The notes beneath the pieces are model-generated. The model did no database searches. It was not told the origin of the DNA and worked only from the letters and a program-made list of their open reading frames with translations. Below are positions 27,151 through 40,315 of a stretch of DNA of 64,000 nucleotides, piece by piece. The position numbers were made by a program, and so were the translations under genes. Source of the stretch: Octopus sinensis (taxonomy: Eukaryota); contig NC_043000.1 of the NCBI RefSeq assembly GCF_006345805.1, positions 143,344,001-143,408,000 on the forward strand, read 5' to 3'. Position 1 is the first letter of the stretch. Every line of letters begins with the position of its first letter.

Positions 27151-27381
27151 AACACATGCTGTGCACGGTTAACCAGCCAGAAAGTCCGTGTCTATCAGGT
27201 AAGGCTAGAAATGGGGGCGATGACCTCCCCTCGCAAGTACTAATTGGACACAGAATGTGTGCTGTTAGCCAGCTGGAAGAGATATCCAGCCAGCTGGAAG
27301 AGATATCCTCCCAGGGCTATAACGTTATAGGACGTCACACTTGGATGGCAATTATATGTTACGATATATATATATATAAAC

Positions 27382-27530
27382 AATTGCAGCGTGGATGTTG
27401 TTTGTAAGCCATTTAAAAAACACTCAAAAGCCGTTCGATTCACTTCAACATTTAAGTTTAATTTGTCAAAATATTTTCGTCGCTATAACACCGCGACCTG
27501 TTCAGCACGGATTTTCGCGGTTTTATAGCG
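27382..27530 (-). mobile_element. Penelope pLTR-like fragment with degenerate hammerhead-like motif
   Basis: Minus strand CUGAACA-G-gucgc(..)gcgac-GAAAAUAUUUU-gaca at 27464-27508; abuts (TA)n. Confidence 0.4.
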
Positions 27531-27541
27531 AGTACATCTCG

Positions 27542-27578
<37 letters not shown>

Positions 27579-27719
27579 GCGACTCCAGGTCATCAGCATT
27601 ACACGGGCTTATCACGGATTTCACAAAAGGTATAAAAGAAGGTAAGGGACCTAATGTACATCACACACTTATTTGTGCATTGATAATTAACAATAAGAGA
27701 GAAATATAATTTTAATATG

Positions 27720-27947
27720 TCTTTCTTCATTTCTAGGTTAGGGGTAAAAATAAAGTACAGTCTTATATTTAAGAGATGAGGAATTATGTACATTATTTAC
27801 ATTATTTTTCATAATTTACATTTGACGGATATTTGTCCTCATCTTGTTTGTTGTTATCACAATATTTCGGCTGATATACCCTCCAGCCTTCATCAGGGTA
27901 CTTGGGGAAATTTCGAACCTGGGTATTCTTAAGGTATTATACGATGA

Positions 27948-27990
<43 letters not shown>
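27720..27990 (-). mobile_element. 3' part of the HHR-SINE family of 7286-7603
   Basis: GGATATTTGTCCTCATCTTGTTTGTTG..TTTCGGCTGATATACCCTCCAGCCTTCATCAGG..GAACCTGGG..(ATT)n aligns with 7311-7500. Confidence 0.8.
27856..27901 (-). ncRNA. Hammerhead motif, second copy (stem I decayed)
   Basis: CUGAUGA-A-ggcug(gaggguauau)cagcc-GAA-AUAU-U: perfect stem II; stem III still palindromic (AUAU). Confidence 0.55.
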
Positions 27991-27994
<4 letters not shown>

Positions 27995-28009
27995 TATTAT
28001 TATTGAATT

Positions 28010-28310
28010 GACCGCAGTACTTATTTTTTAAACCTGGTACTTATTCTATCGTTTCTTTTTCCCAACCGTTATGTTACGGGGACGTAATCACATCAACACC
28101 GGTTGTCAAGGGGTGATAGGAGTGGTACAAACACAAACACAGACAAACACACACACATGCACATAGATATATATCCATATATACATGCGACGGGCTTTCA
28201 GTTTCCGTCTACCAAATCTACGCTTGACCAAGGTGCCACGCATTTGGACTGAGCACTGAACCATGTGATTGGAAAGGGAAGAAAGCTTCTATTCCACAGC
28301 CATACCACAC
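28010..28310 (-). mobile_element. SINE family B, internally deleted/degraded
   Basis: CCTGGTACTTATTCTATCG..GTTACGGGGACGTAA..ACGGGCTTTCAGTTTCCGTCTACCAAATC..CCAAGGTGCCACGCA..ACAGCC. Confidence 0.7.
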
Positions 28311-28369
28311 ACACCACACATATATATATATATATATAGTATGTATATATGTATATATTTATTCATATG

Positions 28370-28461
<92 letters not shown>

Positions 28462-28634
28462 CGTATAGAATTTTAGCATCATATATATATATATAATTTT
28501 AGCATCATATATATATATATTACGTATAGAATTTTAGCATCACTGAACTCATGACGAAAACATGTTTTAAACAGACGACAGTAATGTGGATTTTATATTC
28601 TTTATCCTCTTGTTTCTTATTTCTTATTTTCCAG

Positions 28635-29409
28635 ATGGCCCCTCGCTTGACTATTCAGGAACGAGCTAAGATAGTAGCACCCTATGAACAGTGTAATTCC
28701 ATTGTTTTGGTTCAGAGATAGTGGCGTACAAGGTAAGCATGCAACACTATACCCGGAGACAATAAAAAGCTTTCATGCAAAGCTGATGACCTCAGGCCCC
28801 GTGAAGGATGCAAGAAGAAGTGGTCATGCAAACATATCCCGAAGAACGAAGAACGGCGCAGCAGCGTAGGTAATGTTTAATTGCAGCCCAGAAAATTCAA
28901 CATGTCTAGCAACTTTTAACAGGTTGCTTGACGTGTTGAATTTTGCGGACTAATAAGACATACAATGCATACGGTGTTGCATAAAGAACTGAATTTTCGT
29001 CAGTCGAAACCCCATTACGTGCAAGAGCTAAAACCTGAAGACTGTGACGGCAAAAGTTTAGAAGTCCAGAACTCCAAGAAGTCCAGACCTCACTCCATGT
29101 GATTTCTACTGGTGGAGTTACACAAAAGAGGTGTACAAGACAAAATCTCGCACACTGGAGGACTTGGAGGCACGGATTCAGTAGGTTTTCAATAATGATA
29201 TCCCCGACGACGTTCTTCAGAATGTTGTTCATTCCATCTCTGGCCATTTAAGGAAACTGGTTGTCGCCACCGGTGCTTATGTTGAAATATGAATATTTAC
29301 TTTCATTTTCTCATGTAATAAAGAAAATGTGTCATTTGTTCCAATAAATTTCTAAAAAAAATATGGATTTTATTACCAACTTTTAATGCCTACTTACTTT
29401 TCCCCCACC

Positions 29410-29412
<3 letters not shown>
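28635..29412 (+). mobile_element. Internally deleted Tc1/mariner element (rosa/maT-like)
   Basis: N-terminal MAPRLTIQERAKIV..VKDARRSG..LHKELNF..KPHYVQELKPEDC joined to RSPDLTPCDFYWWSYTKEVYKTKSRTLEDLEARI..GAYVEI*; ends ..CCCACCGTG-TA. Confidence 0.7.
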
Positions 29413-29468
<56 letters not shown>

Positions 29469-29639
29469 ATATGTATGTATGTATAGTTACATTACATATA
29501 TTCCAATAGATAGTAAGTTTGTATCTATCAATTTGCTATAACTACAAAATTATTTCGGATGTTATCTTTTTTGGCAGACAATAAGTTACGTGAATTTAAG
29601 AATTTCCATTAAATCATAGAGAAAAAAAATGAAACTATA

Positions 29640-29900
29640 TAATCTTCATAATTATTTTGATTACGTTCATCATCACCGTCGTTGTCGTCATCATCATCAT
29701 CATCATCAACATTAACATCATCATCCTCCTCATCATCATCATTATCTTCATTGCTGTCATCTTCACCATTGTCGTCGTCATCTTCATCCCCACCAACATC
29801 TGTATTGTTGTCGTCGGCATCGTCAACACCAACAGCATCATCATCATCATCAACAAGAACAACAACAATAACCTCCTTAACAACAACAACAACAATATTA
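29640..29900. repeat. (CAT)n/(CGT)n/(AAC)n degenerate trinucleotide tract
   Basis: Direct reading; explains the Asp-rich ORF 29609-29911. Confidence 0.85.
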
Positions 29901-30360
29901 CCAGACGACACTTGACCTCTACTCTCTTCTGATATTTGCGACGTGGTACAATAATTGAAATCTACTTCTGCTCAGATGAAAGGGAAATCTAGACCAGAAT
30001 CAACATTGATTGATATGACAATAAAGCGAAAGGAAGCGATTTTAATGTCAAATATATATTTAAAAAAAAAATATCGTTGCATCTTTCTGCAACAAAAGAG
30101 TCTCAGAGATTATAATAGTAGCACCATAGTAATTCCATTACTCTCCATCTGAAAACTGATCCTAGTCAATGGCTTAAACATGATAGATAAAATAGTGGCC
30201 GAATTTATTCTGCAGTAAATTATCATATTGGTAATTTACGAAACAATGGCCTCTAGCGATGACTGCTAGTGCACATTAAGTATTGCTTCTTTAACAAAGC
30301 ATTGCTTTTAGAAAAATTGCCTTCAGCTCCTGTCTCCTTACGTTCATCTAGTACACACAC

Positions 30361-30461
<101 letters not shown>

Positions 30462-30595
30462 CTCACACACACATTCTGTACATAAAGACTTCTATATAAT
30501 ATGAATAGAAGGACGTCTCTTTTATTGATAAATGAAAGTTTGGGTTGGAAATGTCAGGAGCAAATATTAACAAAAGGGCTATTACATTTATCAGT

Positions 30596-32900
30596 TGTTA
30601 TAGAGATCCGGAACAATTGCTGATATAGATGGAACACCGTCACCGCAATATCACAAGTGGCTAACATTGTAGTTTCAGGGTTTAGGTTGCCATAACAAAA
30701 TACATAAAATCAAATGCGCTCACGCACATATCATAGTTAGGTTTACCCAGCACTTGGGTATTTGTGTACGTCATTAAACAGTCAACATGTGAAAGCGAAT
30801 ATGACCAAGTTGAAAACCATTTTTCCTAGTCGCAGTGTTTGAGTTATTGTGAAGTTAAATGTTTCTCTGGAACCAGACGTCATGGAAGGCAATGGCAATA
30901 AAAGTTTCATACATTCAATGGCTTTAGTGTTGGTGTATCTTTTTACTGAGATCATTGGTATGGCGTTAAGTGTCACTTAGGTCTACCGTTTCCAAGACTC
31001 CCCTCGAATATAACTACTATCACTAGGGCTGATTTCTCATCAGGTACTCTCTTGCAATTTTCAGAAATGGTACTCCTTCTATAGGGTAGCATGGGTAGGA
31101 AAAACAACCTCTCAATGATTTTTGCCTACAATTGAAAGCCGTTCAGATTCAAGAATACAGATTTTATATTGCCTGTCAGAAGTACAAAGTAACAAGGAGA
31201 GATGTTAGATCACTAGTCACCTGAATAAGACGCTATTTCAAGCCTATTGAGGTGGGGGTTAATTGAAATGTACAATGTAGGGCATAAATTGAAATTGCTA
31301 AAGTGTATCCAAAACTACGATAACCTTTCATATTTATCAGATTAGGAAAGAGCAGCAACAAAGTAATGCACTTAATAACGTCCAGAAATATTGGACTGTA
31401 CATGAAGAAAACCAGAGCGATTCATCACAGGCCTGCGAGCATTGTGTCAGCTTAGAGGAATGAATCTCAAAGACCTACTAGAAGGGTCGAATTTATACGG
31501 AAGCAGGAATTTCAGAGAACACTGATCCATGTCACAGGTAAATCAGATCTCATCATTGCATCTGCCTTCGAAATGAATAAAAAATCTGTTAGATATTATG
31601 TCCTCACTCCATTCTAATATTATCATTTCACACTAATGTGATTAGCTAGAATTTGACCTACATAATTCTCAGAGTTATTGATGGAAGTTCAGAAGATGAC
31701 TTCGGTATTCTTATCGAGCTTAACTCTTCGGGTATGATGAGGAAACCAATGGCAGTTGGACACCTCTACTCATGGTGACGGAGGACAATTCTGAGCTAGC
31801 TACTAATACGCTGATCAAGAAGAGTATATAACTTTTATTATGGCTCCCGCACCTATAACACCAAACAGAATGAATTACCTCTGACTTGCAAGAAGTGGAG
31901 ACATGTCTATTGTTTTTTTTTTTTGCTTCAAGTGGCTTAGTTAATCGAATTGTTGAGACAAATAAGTGAGATTCGTTCCGAGAGACAAGGAAAAGAAATC
32001 CTCAAGACAGTAAAGTACATCTAGAAATTGTTTGGATGAAGCTTGGAGCGCAAATGGCGTATGCTGTAAAAATGCAAAACAGGTTTTCGTTATATGAGGG
32101 AGAACAGAAAAGAGAACTGATCGGTATCAACGCTTCCTTAATGCAGATAACGCACTAGCGGTTTGTCTCGAGAAGATCCCTAAGTTGAAGAAAAAAGGAA
32201 TATGGGCCTACGATTCACCTGTGTTTGATGCACGAGAAAAGATGGTAACAAATTATAATATTTCTGCTGGTGATTAGTCATCACACGGGTATTCACTGAG
32301 AAGGAAACTGTACTTTCTAACATTTACAATATTACGTGCCACTGAAATAATCAAAGAAAATTTGGTAGCTCGTTATTCAACAGTACGCGAAAGCTGAGAA
32401 GAATAATACGAAATTTTAAATAGGACATTCAGAAGGGAATGTAATGAACAGTTTTGATGCAAGGCACATTCTGTTGAAGTATCTTACATGTAACCCTAAC
32501 TCTGCTTCACGACAATGAATTAGCCGAGTTTTCACAGATCCCCCAATTGATTAGTAATTATTTATACAGACCAAGTCTACGCGACCAAAAATAACCTTGA
32601 AGAGTGGCAGAGCTGCTGAGATGATGGTGTCTTCCAATAGGTGATTCCACTCCTCAACAAAGTCTAAGATGTAGTGAAAGAAATAGATGTTTGCTAATTT
32701 TTCACTAGTTCTATTCTTAGCTATAACATCTGGCTAGTTCTATGAAAACTGGAGTATTTGCGACTTAAGTAGCCCGGACAACGAGAGAATTGCAAGGATG
32801 TGAAATGACATGTCCTCTGGATACTTGAGTGACGAACCCGAGTTTCAGCACAGCCAGCTTTAACCTCCTCGGAGCCCGAAAAGAAAATATAGAACAGAAT
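30596..32900 (+). mobile_element. Heavily decayed Ty3/gypsy LTR retrotransposon (possible 5' LTR, gag, protease, RT start)
   Basis: gag-like EENQS/ERFITGLRALCQ (about 31400); eroded zinc knuckle ..LTCKKWRHVYC (about 31880-31915); protease-like KIPKLKKKGIWAYDSPV; RT entry KITLKSG../VIPLLNKV and KTG..ICDLS, in the expected order. Possible TG..CA LTR about 30596-30954 with AATAAA near 30898. Confidence 0.55.
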
Positions 32901-33522
32901 AACGGTTATTTTAACCTGTACAATCTTTCTACCGCACTCAAATACACATTGAACATATTTTTATTGATTGATTTTCGAAACAAATACACATTCAGAATTC
33001 GGAACTGAACATCAAATAAAAGTTATAATCAGATCTGAAATTGAAATCTTTTGATGGTTAACGATGAGAATTACATTTGACATACTTTGACTGCTATAAG
33101 ATTTGAAACATTGTAAAAGTGGTTCTAAGAAGAATTTGACAAGCTTACATCAATGGCCATAAATTCTGAAATTGACAGGAATGTTTCAACAAACTTTCAC
33201 TATTCGATATTGCATTGGATGTACAGCCATACTGAAACTGACGTTGAACATCTGAAATCAATCACAGAACATAAATCGGTACTCAAATTGATCTCTAGTA
33301 CAAAAAATATGTGTCCTGTACTGTTTGCATATTTATAATTGTTATAGCCGACATCGGAAATTTTAAAGACTCGAGGAGAGGTGTGGCGACATTTTAACGA
33401 ATAATGAAGTGCGATTAGTACGTTTTACAGATGGAAGATATATATATATATATATATATACATATTTGTAAATATACATGGTGCCGGTGATTATATGTCT
33501 TATATCCTTTAGACTATTTGGT

Positions 33523-33837
33523 TTATGTTTTATTTATGCGCCCTTTCAAACCTAGCCAGGCTTATGGGCCCGGTTTCCCGGCTTCTGTGGCGAATATGCT
33601 CCCCCCAGCTGGATGGGACGCCAGTCCTTCGCACCGTTACTCAAGAAACAGGAAGAAAGAGTGAGAGAAAGTTGGGGCGAAAGAGTACAACAAGGGTTGC
33701 CACCATCCCCTGCCGGAGCCTCGTAGAGCTTTAGGTGTTTTCGCTCAATAAACACACACAGCGCCCGGTCTGGGAATCGAAACCGTGATCCTCCGACCAC
33801 GAGTCCGCTGCCCTAACCACTGGGCCATTGCGCCTCC
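33523..33837 (-). mobile_element. tRNA-derived SINE, head family A, tail type 3 (V-like), with TSD
   Basis: Head TGGAGGCGCAATGGCCCAGTGGTTAGGGCAGCGG..GGTTTCGATTCCCAGACCGGGCG; tail GACTGGCGTCCCATCCAG..AAACCGGGCCCATAAGCCTGGCTAGG; TSD ctatttggt at 33514-33522 and 33841-33849. Confidence 0.85.
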
Positions 33838-35139
33838 AGTCTATTTGGTATGGTAGGAAATTCCTGACGATTTCATCTATTATAGTTGTTGTTCAACTAA
33901 AGGTCTTCCCCGATTTAGTAAATCTACGATGTATTTCATAGCCTACCGGAACTATTGCGTGCGATAATGTATCAAGGAATGCGTTAAACAGTCACTGTAT
34001 TATGCTGGATATCTGAGCACATAACTAAATACCCAGTAACCACCCTATTATTTCATTGCATGAGAGCGACAATCAGTTGGAGTTGGCAAGTTAATCAGTT
34101 TCATTTCCTTCATAGAACATCATATTTCACATTTCTTTACATCGAGTTGCGTAGTTTCAAAATGAATGAAGGCCAGTTTACACATCACACTCCATGTTTT
34201 AGCAGACCAAAGAGGTAGTTTACATAATGTGAAATTGCTGAGGTTTCCAATATCTAATCCAGTCTGAGTTACCCTTCTCTACAAAACATGAGTTTGTATG
34301 TAAGCTCAGTGGCAAGTATGTAATACACAAAAGTTTTGTTAGATTGCAGCGATGTGTTTAGCCTTAATACTGACTTATTGAAGGTCCTTATAAAAGCTTT
34401 AGAAGCTTATCTTGGTAGGTAATTGTTCCGCTGCATCAGAATAATCTTTCGATTTTTTTAGTTCAATCTCAATACGAGGGTTCAAGAATCACAAAACTAC
34501 GAATGTCCACACACGCAGAGAGAGAGAGAGAGAGAGAGAGGGAGTTTCAAACAGAAACAGGCGCGCTAGCACACTCGCACACAAACTGAAGCATTGAGAA
34601 ACATAAGTATTTTGTCTCCTTAATTGCAATACGTCTACGTTACATTATTTGTGATCTTGTACTTTTATGAGTGTATGTATGAACACATATATATATAGAC
34701 ACACACATCCACACATCCACAAATACACACACTCACACACACACATACACGTACCCACACACACTCACACGCGTAAATATATGCGTATATAGGGCGGTTG
34801 GTATAAGTCAGGAGTAAAATAAGTCGGCTAATGAGAAGACAAAGAGAGAGAGAGAGAATAATTGAAAACCCAACCGTCAGCTAGGCTTCGTTTAGATGGA
34901 CAGAAAGAGATTAATTTTTCGACGAAAGTCTGAATATTATAGATTTGACACAGAATTAAAACGAATCGAGAGAGATGGAATTAAACGGAGATTATTTTAC
35001 ATAATAAATATGATATATCGCCAGAAAATTGAAGTTTCTATCTTTATTATCTATTTCTCGCCATCACTGACTCAGTCACTGCTGAAATTCATCTGCCACA
35101 CATTAGCACACACATGTGCATACACAAACACACATTCAA

Positions 35140-35199
<60 letters not shown>

Positions 35200-35530
35200 G
35201 TTCATATCTACATATGTGGGAGTGTGTGTCTGTAAACATTCATGTTTTAAAATCTGAATAGCATTCATGTTAGTGGTGGGTAAAATATTTAATATTCTGA
35301 AAATATCTCATTAGATTTTCTTTGATCGTGTAGTTTTATTTGCTCTCATTCTCACTTTGTGCGTTATGTACACTTTATCACATTCATCTTTCCGCGTCTT
35401 TTTTAAAATCTCTCTCTTACTCTTACTCCTCATTTTATACACATTTGAACATACTCACCACGCACGCACATATATATAGTTATAAATATAGATATATGTA
35501 TGTAGGTATGTATGTATGCATATATATATA

Positions 35531-35574
<44 letters not shown>

Positions 35575-35749
35575 TATATATTATATATATATATACATAT
35601 ATATATGTATATATCTTTATATATAATCATATTTCTTTGTATGTATATATGTATGTACACAAATATGTACATATATGCATCATACACACACAAACACACA
35701 CACACATATATATATTCCTACATATATATATATATATATATATACATAT

Positions 35750-36000
35750 AGTTAATCCAAGCAAGAAAACACACAAAAAACACAGCAACAAGGACGTAGA
35801 ACAAATAAAGTATTATTGGACGCTCAGGAAAGAAGGGAAGGAAGGTTTAACGTTTCGAGCGGAGCTCTTCGTCGGAAACAAAGGTAAAGGAAAGATCCCC
35901 AGAAGGGAAGACAGAGGAAAAATAATTGCTGGCGGTGCTCACGACACACACTCCTGCATGCACACGTACAATAAGACAGGTACAAAGACAAAGAAGTAAG
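35750..36000 (-). mobile_element. Penelope pLTR-like element (family P2) with hammerhead motif
   Basis: Contains HHR 35845-35879; abuts (TA)n; shares GTATT..CTCAGGA with P1 copies. Confidence 0.65.
35845..35879 (-). ncRNA. Minimal type-I hammerhead motif, core CCGACGA
   Basis: guuu-CCGACGA-A-gagc(ucc)gcuc-GAA-ACGU-U-aaac: all stems pair; U4C variant. Confidence 0.65.
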
Positions 36001-36029
36001 GTTATGTTAAATAGCATGCAAGTAGAATT

Positions 36030-36260
36030 TTTGGTTTATTAAAATTCTATCCATCGCCAAGGAAAGTGGAGAAATCGCATGGTGCAACAAGTAGCGATTC
36101 CTAAATATTGGATGGAAATGAAGCACAAGAACCAAGAATTCTCCAAATTTATCATGCAATTAAGAAAAGACTTTAATTTTCTGACATCAAGAGGACAATC
36201 GTAGCTACACCTCCCTACCCACCATTCATCCTCAGCTAAGCAATTGTCGTACATACACAT
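36030..36260 (+). mobile_element. Possible decayed Penelope RT thumb/linker fragment
   Basis: Stop-riddled RFLNIGW..HQEDNRSYTSLPTIHPQL resembles the PLE linker (LV.TYHP.L) and follows an inverted pLTR piece. Confidence 0.25.
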
Positions 36261-36844
36261 TTATATATACAAAATGAGTACAATACAGATTTGGGTCGGA
36301 AATTTCCATAAAGGAAACGATGAAAGTGAACCAGGCGTGATACTTCAGAGTAACCAATAGCATGCTTCTGAAGGAACAATAACGAATGTGAGAGTAAAAT
36401 CTAAATAAGTTATTGAATTATTTAAATTATTTGTTTCCAGGGAGAGTAGACCAGTCGCTTCGTAGCGGTATGTACCAATCCAAATAAGAAGGTACGATAA
36501 ACTTTAGAATCTTAATTACTTCTCTTTTCTAATATATATATATACACATAAGATAAAGTTGAGCAATTGCTATGCTATTATGCTTGATAATCTTAGTACC
36601 GTAATGCATTGTCGGATGTCCTGTTTGGTTTAAATCCGTCATGGTTTAACTGTGACATGCAAACTTTTGATTGGCAAGACTAATTTATTATTACTGCTGT
36701 TCTAATTATTTGCTTCACTTTGCCTTTCAATCTTTCGGGGTCGAAAAATTCAAATACCAGTTGGGATCTGTGATCATTATTATTGTTATTATTATTATTA
36801 TTATCATTATTATTATTTTATTATTATTATTATTATTATTCATT

Positions 36845-37510
36845 AGTCTTTTTTTATCACGTGCTTTCTCTGCACAACCGAGAGATACTCTCTGTGCCTC
36901 GGATATATGCTGTGGCTTGTTGTGGTGCTATTATTTTCGCTGTACTAAGAGTGCTTTACGGAGGATGTACGCGGTGCCTAGTAGGGCTATTTTCTGTATG
37001 TTATATATATTAGTAAGTCCTGGTGTTTTGGTTATGCCTTCATTTAAATGTTTCTTAACCATACGTAATGCGCCTATTATAAGAATTGTTTCTGTTTTTA
37101 GTCTCCACATTCCGGATTGCTCTATTTCCAGATAACATCTTGAGAGATTCTCCGTTTGTTTTAGAGATACAGTGTCATCTGTTGGTAATGGTAGATCGAT
37201 TAGAAGGCGCATTTGTATAATTTGGTGATCCCTGACAACTATATCCAGTGAATTAGCCTTGATTTCTCCGTCTGTATGTATCGCCATATACCAGAGTATG
37301 GTTGCTTTGTCATTTTCAGAGACCTTTAGTGGGATGTGTGTTTTCTGTTGTCATTCGATAGCATTCCAGAGTATGGCGGTCCCTCCTTTGTCATGGCTAT
37401 TGGTGTGTTTCTTCTTAGTCAGCGCTGAGCAGCCAAAGAAAATAGGATTTAGTGTTTCTTCCCCATCGCCGCATATTCTGCAGTTACTTTTTGTATTTGC
37501 AGTTGCTTGT
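36845..37510 (-). mobile_element. R4/Dong-like non-LTR 3' fragment E3 (CCHC + restriction-like endonuclease)
   Basis: ATANTKSNCRICGDGEETL..; ILWYMAIHTDGEIKANSLDIVVRD..LLIDLPLPTDDTVSLK..IIGAL..IQKIALLGTAYILRKAL; (AAT)n tail at 36775-36845. Confidence 0.85.
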
Positions 37511-37516
37511 TCTATT

Positions 37517-37688
<172 letters not shown>

Positions 37689-37689
37689 T

Positions 37690-38250
37690 TCATTAAACTC
37701 TCAGCTAATTTGCTGGCTCTGATGGAAAGAGTTAGCTGCCTACAGCCAGTAGACTAAGGTGACACTTGTTTACTGGTCATGCTTTAAGAACCTTGCGAAA
37801 AACTCTTGCATTTGCAGGCTGATTTTTGAAGGTGTTCTACCTTTACATTTGTACCTTTTTGGTATTAGAGTGTTGATGCATCCCAATGCACCAATTACTA
37901 TTGGTATCGTGTTTACTCTCCCCATTGACCACAACCTTCGTATCTCACACTTCACATTGTCGTAGATGTTCCGTTTTTTCTTTCTTGTTGATTCTGTTGT
38001 CACCGGGACATGCCATGTCGATTTCCATGCATGTTGTTTCTTTTTACCCACAACAACAATGTCCGGCTTCCGATGTCTGGACAGGGGATCGCACTGAATC
38101 ATTGCATTTCACAGGATTTTGCAATTTTCATTCTCGGTGACTCCTTTCGGGATTTTTTCATACCACGTCTTTGCTCCTTTTAGGTTGAGATTTCCACGGA
38201 GATAACATTGCCATATCGTCTTTTGTAGACGTGTTGTGCCAATTTCGTGC
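37690..38250 (-). mobile_element. R4/Dong-like non-LTR 3' fragment E2 (restriction-like endonuclease)
   Basis: WYEKIPKGVTENENCKIL..MIQCD..RHRKPDIVVV..(frameshift)..KCEIRRLWSMGRVNTIPIVIGALG. Confidence 0.85.
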
Positions 38251-38282
38251 TTCGCATTATTGTTGTTGTTGTTGTTGTTGTT

Positions 38283-38850
38283 TTGGAGTGAGATGGATAT
38301 ACAAGCACTCATATTGACACTTGGTACAAATATTGCAATCATGACTGCTCTTTGGATAAGGATACACCAGGAACATGCATCACAACAATACGTGCACGAC
38401 ATAGTGATCTAATATTATGATAAACAACGAATGATCTTGCAGATGGGCCTCAGAATTTTCATGAGGTCGAGTAGCCCATTCTGCTGAATAGTTATTTCCA
38501 TTTCACTTCTCAGAACTCTCGATTTCACTTGCTTCGATTACATCTGTAACAGCGAGGTACATCCTGTTTCCAACAGTCTCACGAGGTCTCTTTCTACAAT
38601 ACTTGACACCTAAGTACCAATCTCAAAATACTCATTATCTCCAATGAAGCAAGTTCCTGAGCATGCTGTACACATATGTGAATCCCAATTTCTCCAAGAG
38701 TGGTTGTTAATATTCCCATAAATGGTAGTACTGCCTACATTCATGCAATTTCATCTTTTACATCATTAGCCGAAATTATATCCTTAAGTGTAAGGCGGAT
38801 TTTACCAATTACATATGGTTAGAATTGCTAAGTTTTGAGAGTGTCGCGTT
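38283..38850 (-). mobile_element. R4/Dong-like non-LTR 3' fragment E1 (endonuclease end + 3'UTR)
   Basis: VKDEIA..LGEIGIHICVQHAQELASLEIMSILRLVLRC, then the 3'UTR shared with 22985-23165 and an (AAC)n/(AAT)n tail at 38255-38282. Confidence 0.7.
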
Positions 38851-38881
38851 CATTCATTCTGGTTTCTTCTTCTTTTTCTTC

Positions 38882-38902
38882 TTACTACTACTATTATTAT
38901 TA

Positions 38903-38996
<94 letters not shown>

Positions 38997-39035
38997 TATT
39001 ATTATTACTATTATTATTATCATTATTGTTGTTGC

Positions 39036-39068
<33 letters not shown>

Positions 39069-39078
39069 CATCATCATC

Positions 39079-39143
<65 letters not shown>

Positions 39144-39175
39144 CATTATCTTTATTATTATCATTATTATTATTA

Positions 39176-39226
<51 letters not shown>

Positions 39227-39240
39227 CATTATTATTATTA
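38882..39240. repeat. Long (ATT)n/(ATC)n array of about 360 bp
   Basis: Direct reading. Confidence 0.95.
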
Positions 39241-39249
39241 TCCTTATCA

Positions 39250-39470
39250 ATTGAATCGGTGAGCTGGTAGAATCAATGATGAGTCACGAAAATATCTTAG
39301 CGATATTTCTTATATTTCGTTACATTCTAGGCTGAAGTTCTGTCGATGTTAAATGTGCATATCATCGTTTCTGGATCGGTAAATAATGATCCATTCAAGG
39401 GATAAGTTCGATGTAATTGACTAATCTCTTTTCCCATATTTCAAGTTTTGTGCCTATATTAGAAAATTAC
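39250..39470 (+). mobile_element. Degraded Nin-like SINE
   Basis: CGGTGAGCTGGTAGAATC..CTTAGCGATATTTC..GATGTAATTGACTAA..TTTGTGCCTATATTAGAAA. Confidence 0.55.
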
Positions 39471-39499
39471 CATTATTACTTTTTTCTTATTCCATAAGT

Positions 39500-39950
39500 A
39501 TGATTCAGTGTGAAAATTTCTTTCTGGCGTAAATATCAGGAACCATATAGCATACTGTTGCTGGGACTTTTACTAGAAAGCATTTATAGATTTTTGCCTA
39601 GCTTACAGCTTATTTAAAATGTTTTAGAAAGATTATAGTCTTAGTTAGGTTATTGGTTGAGTCTTTAGCAGTAAATATGTCAAAATAATTAGGAAACCAT
39701 ACTGATGTTCGATGTAGGATTTTATATCTAAATTTGTCCATCAGTTTAAAAAGACTATCTGGACCTTCGATGTCTTTAGAAGATTCCACTACATTGCAAG
39801 TACATGTATGAGATCTCCAGAGTCAAAATGAGAATCCACACCCAAATTTCTTTCCCGAATTTCCAAGATCCTGCTAAAACGTCACCCAAATACAGTAACT
39901 GTTTTTGAAACACACTTCTTGATACCAGTTTCCAAGGAAATTGATATTGC
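39500..39950 (-). mobile_element. Possible decayed piggyBac transposase fragment
   Basis: RFSRIL..FKLMDKF..KTIIFLKHFK*AVS*AKIYKCFLVKVPATVCYMVPDIYARK resembles the piggyBac R.F..DK..FKQY.P.KP.K.G.K..IY.GK stretch. Confidence 0.35.
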
Positions 39951-40282
39951 ACGTTATATTATATTCTGTTATCGCTTCCTTATTGACACAATGAAAACTT
40001 TTGTTTTGTACTAATTACTGTTTTAAGTGCCTTGCACAAACATTCGGAAGTAGTAACCGTCGTACAATGTATTACTTATATTTATCATTCGAAAATAAAT
40101 GCACTCATAGAAAACATGTAAATTATAACGTAATGTACATACGAATATATATCTTATCGATGAGTGCACACACAAATATACGCTTCTATCTATCTATCTA
40201 TCTATTTATATATTTATATATACATGTGTATATATATAATTATGTGTTTGTGTGAATGTATGTATACATGTGCATACACACG

Positions 40283-40315
<33 letters not shown>

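Noticed and set aside
27267-27308. 21-bp direct repeat as CRISPR-like or peptide repeat (SQLEEIS x2)
   Set aside because: Only two adjacent units with no spacer; a simple tandem duplication. No CRISPR array exists in the window.
31390-31850. Segmented negative-strand RNA virus polymerase-like motifs (DCT..EENQ/PERF; VIDGSSEDDFGILI)
   Set aside because: Motif spacing is inconsistent, motifs need several frame changes, and the same DNA fits gypsy gag with downstream zinc knuckle, protease and RT motifs in order. A profile search would settle it.
34780-35100. Promoter-like cluster (GGGCGG, TATAAG, TGACTCA)
   Set aside because: Short motifs occur by chance and no downstream transcript structure is identifiable.
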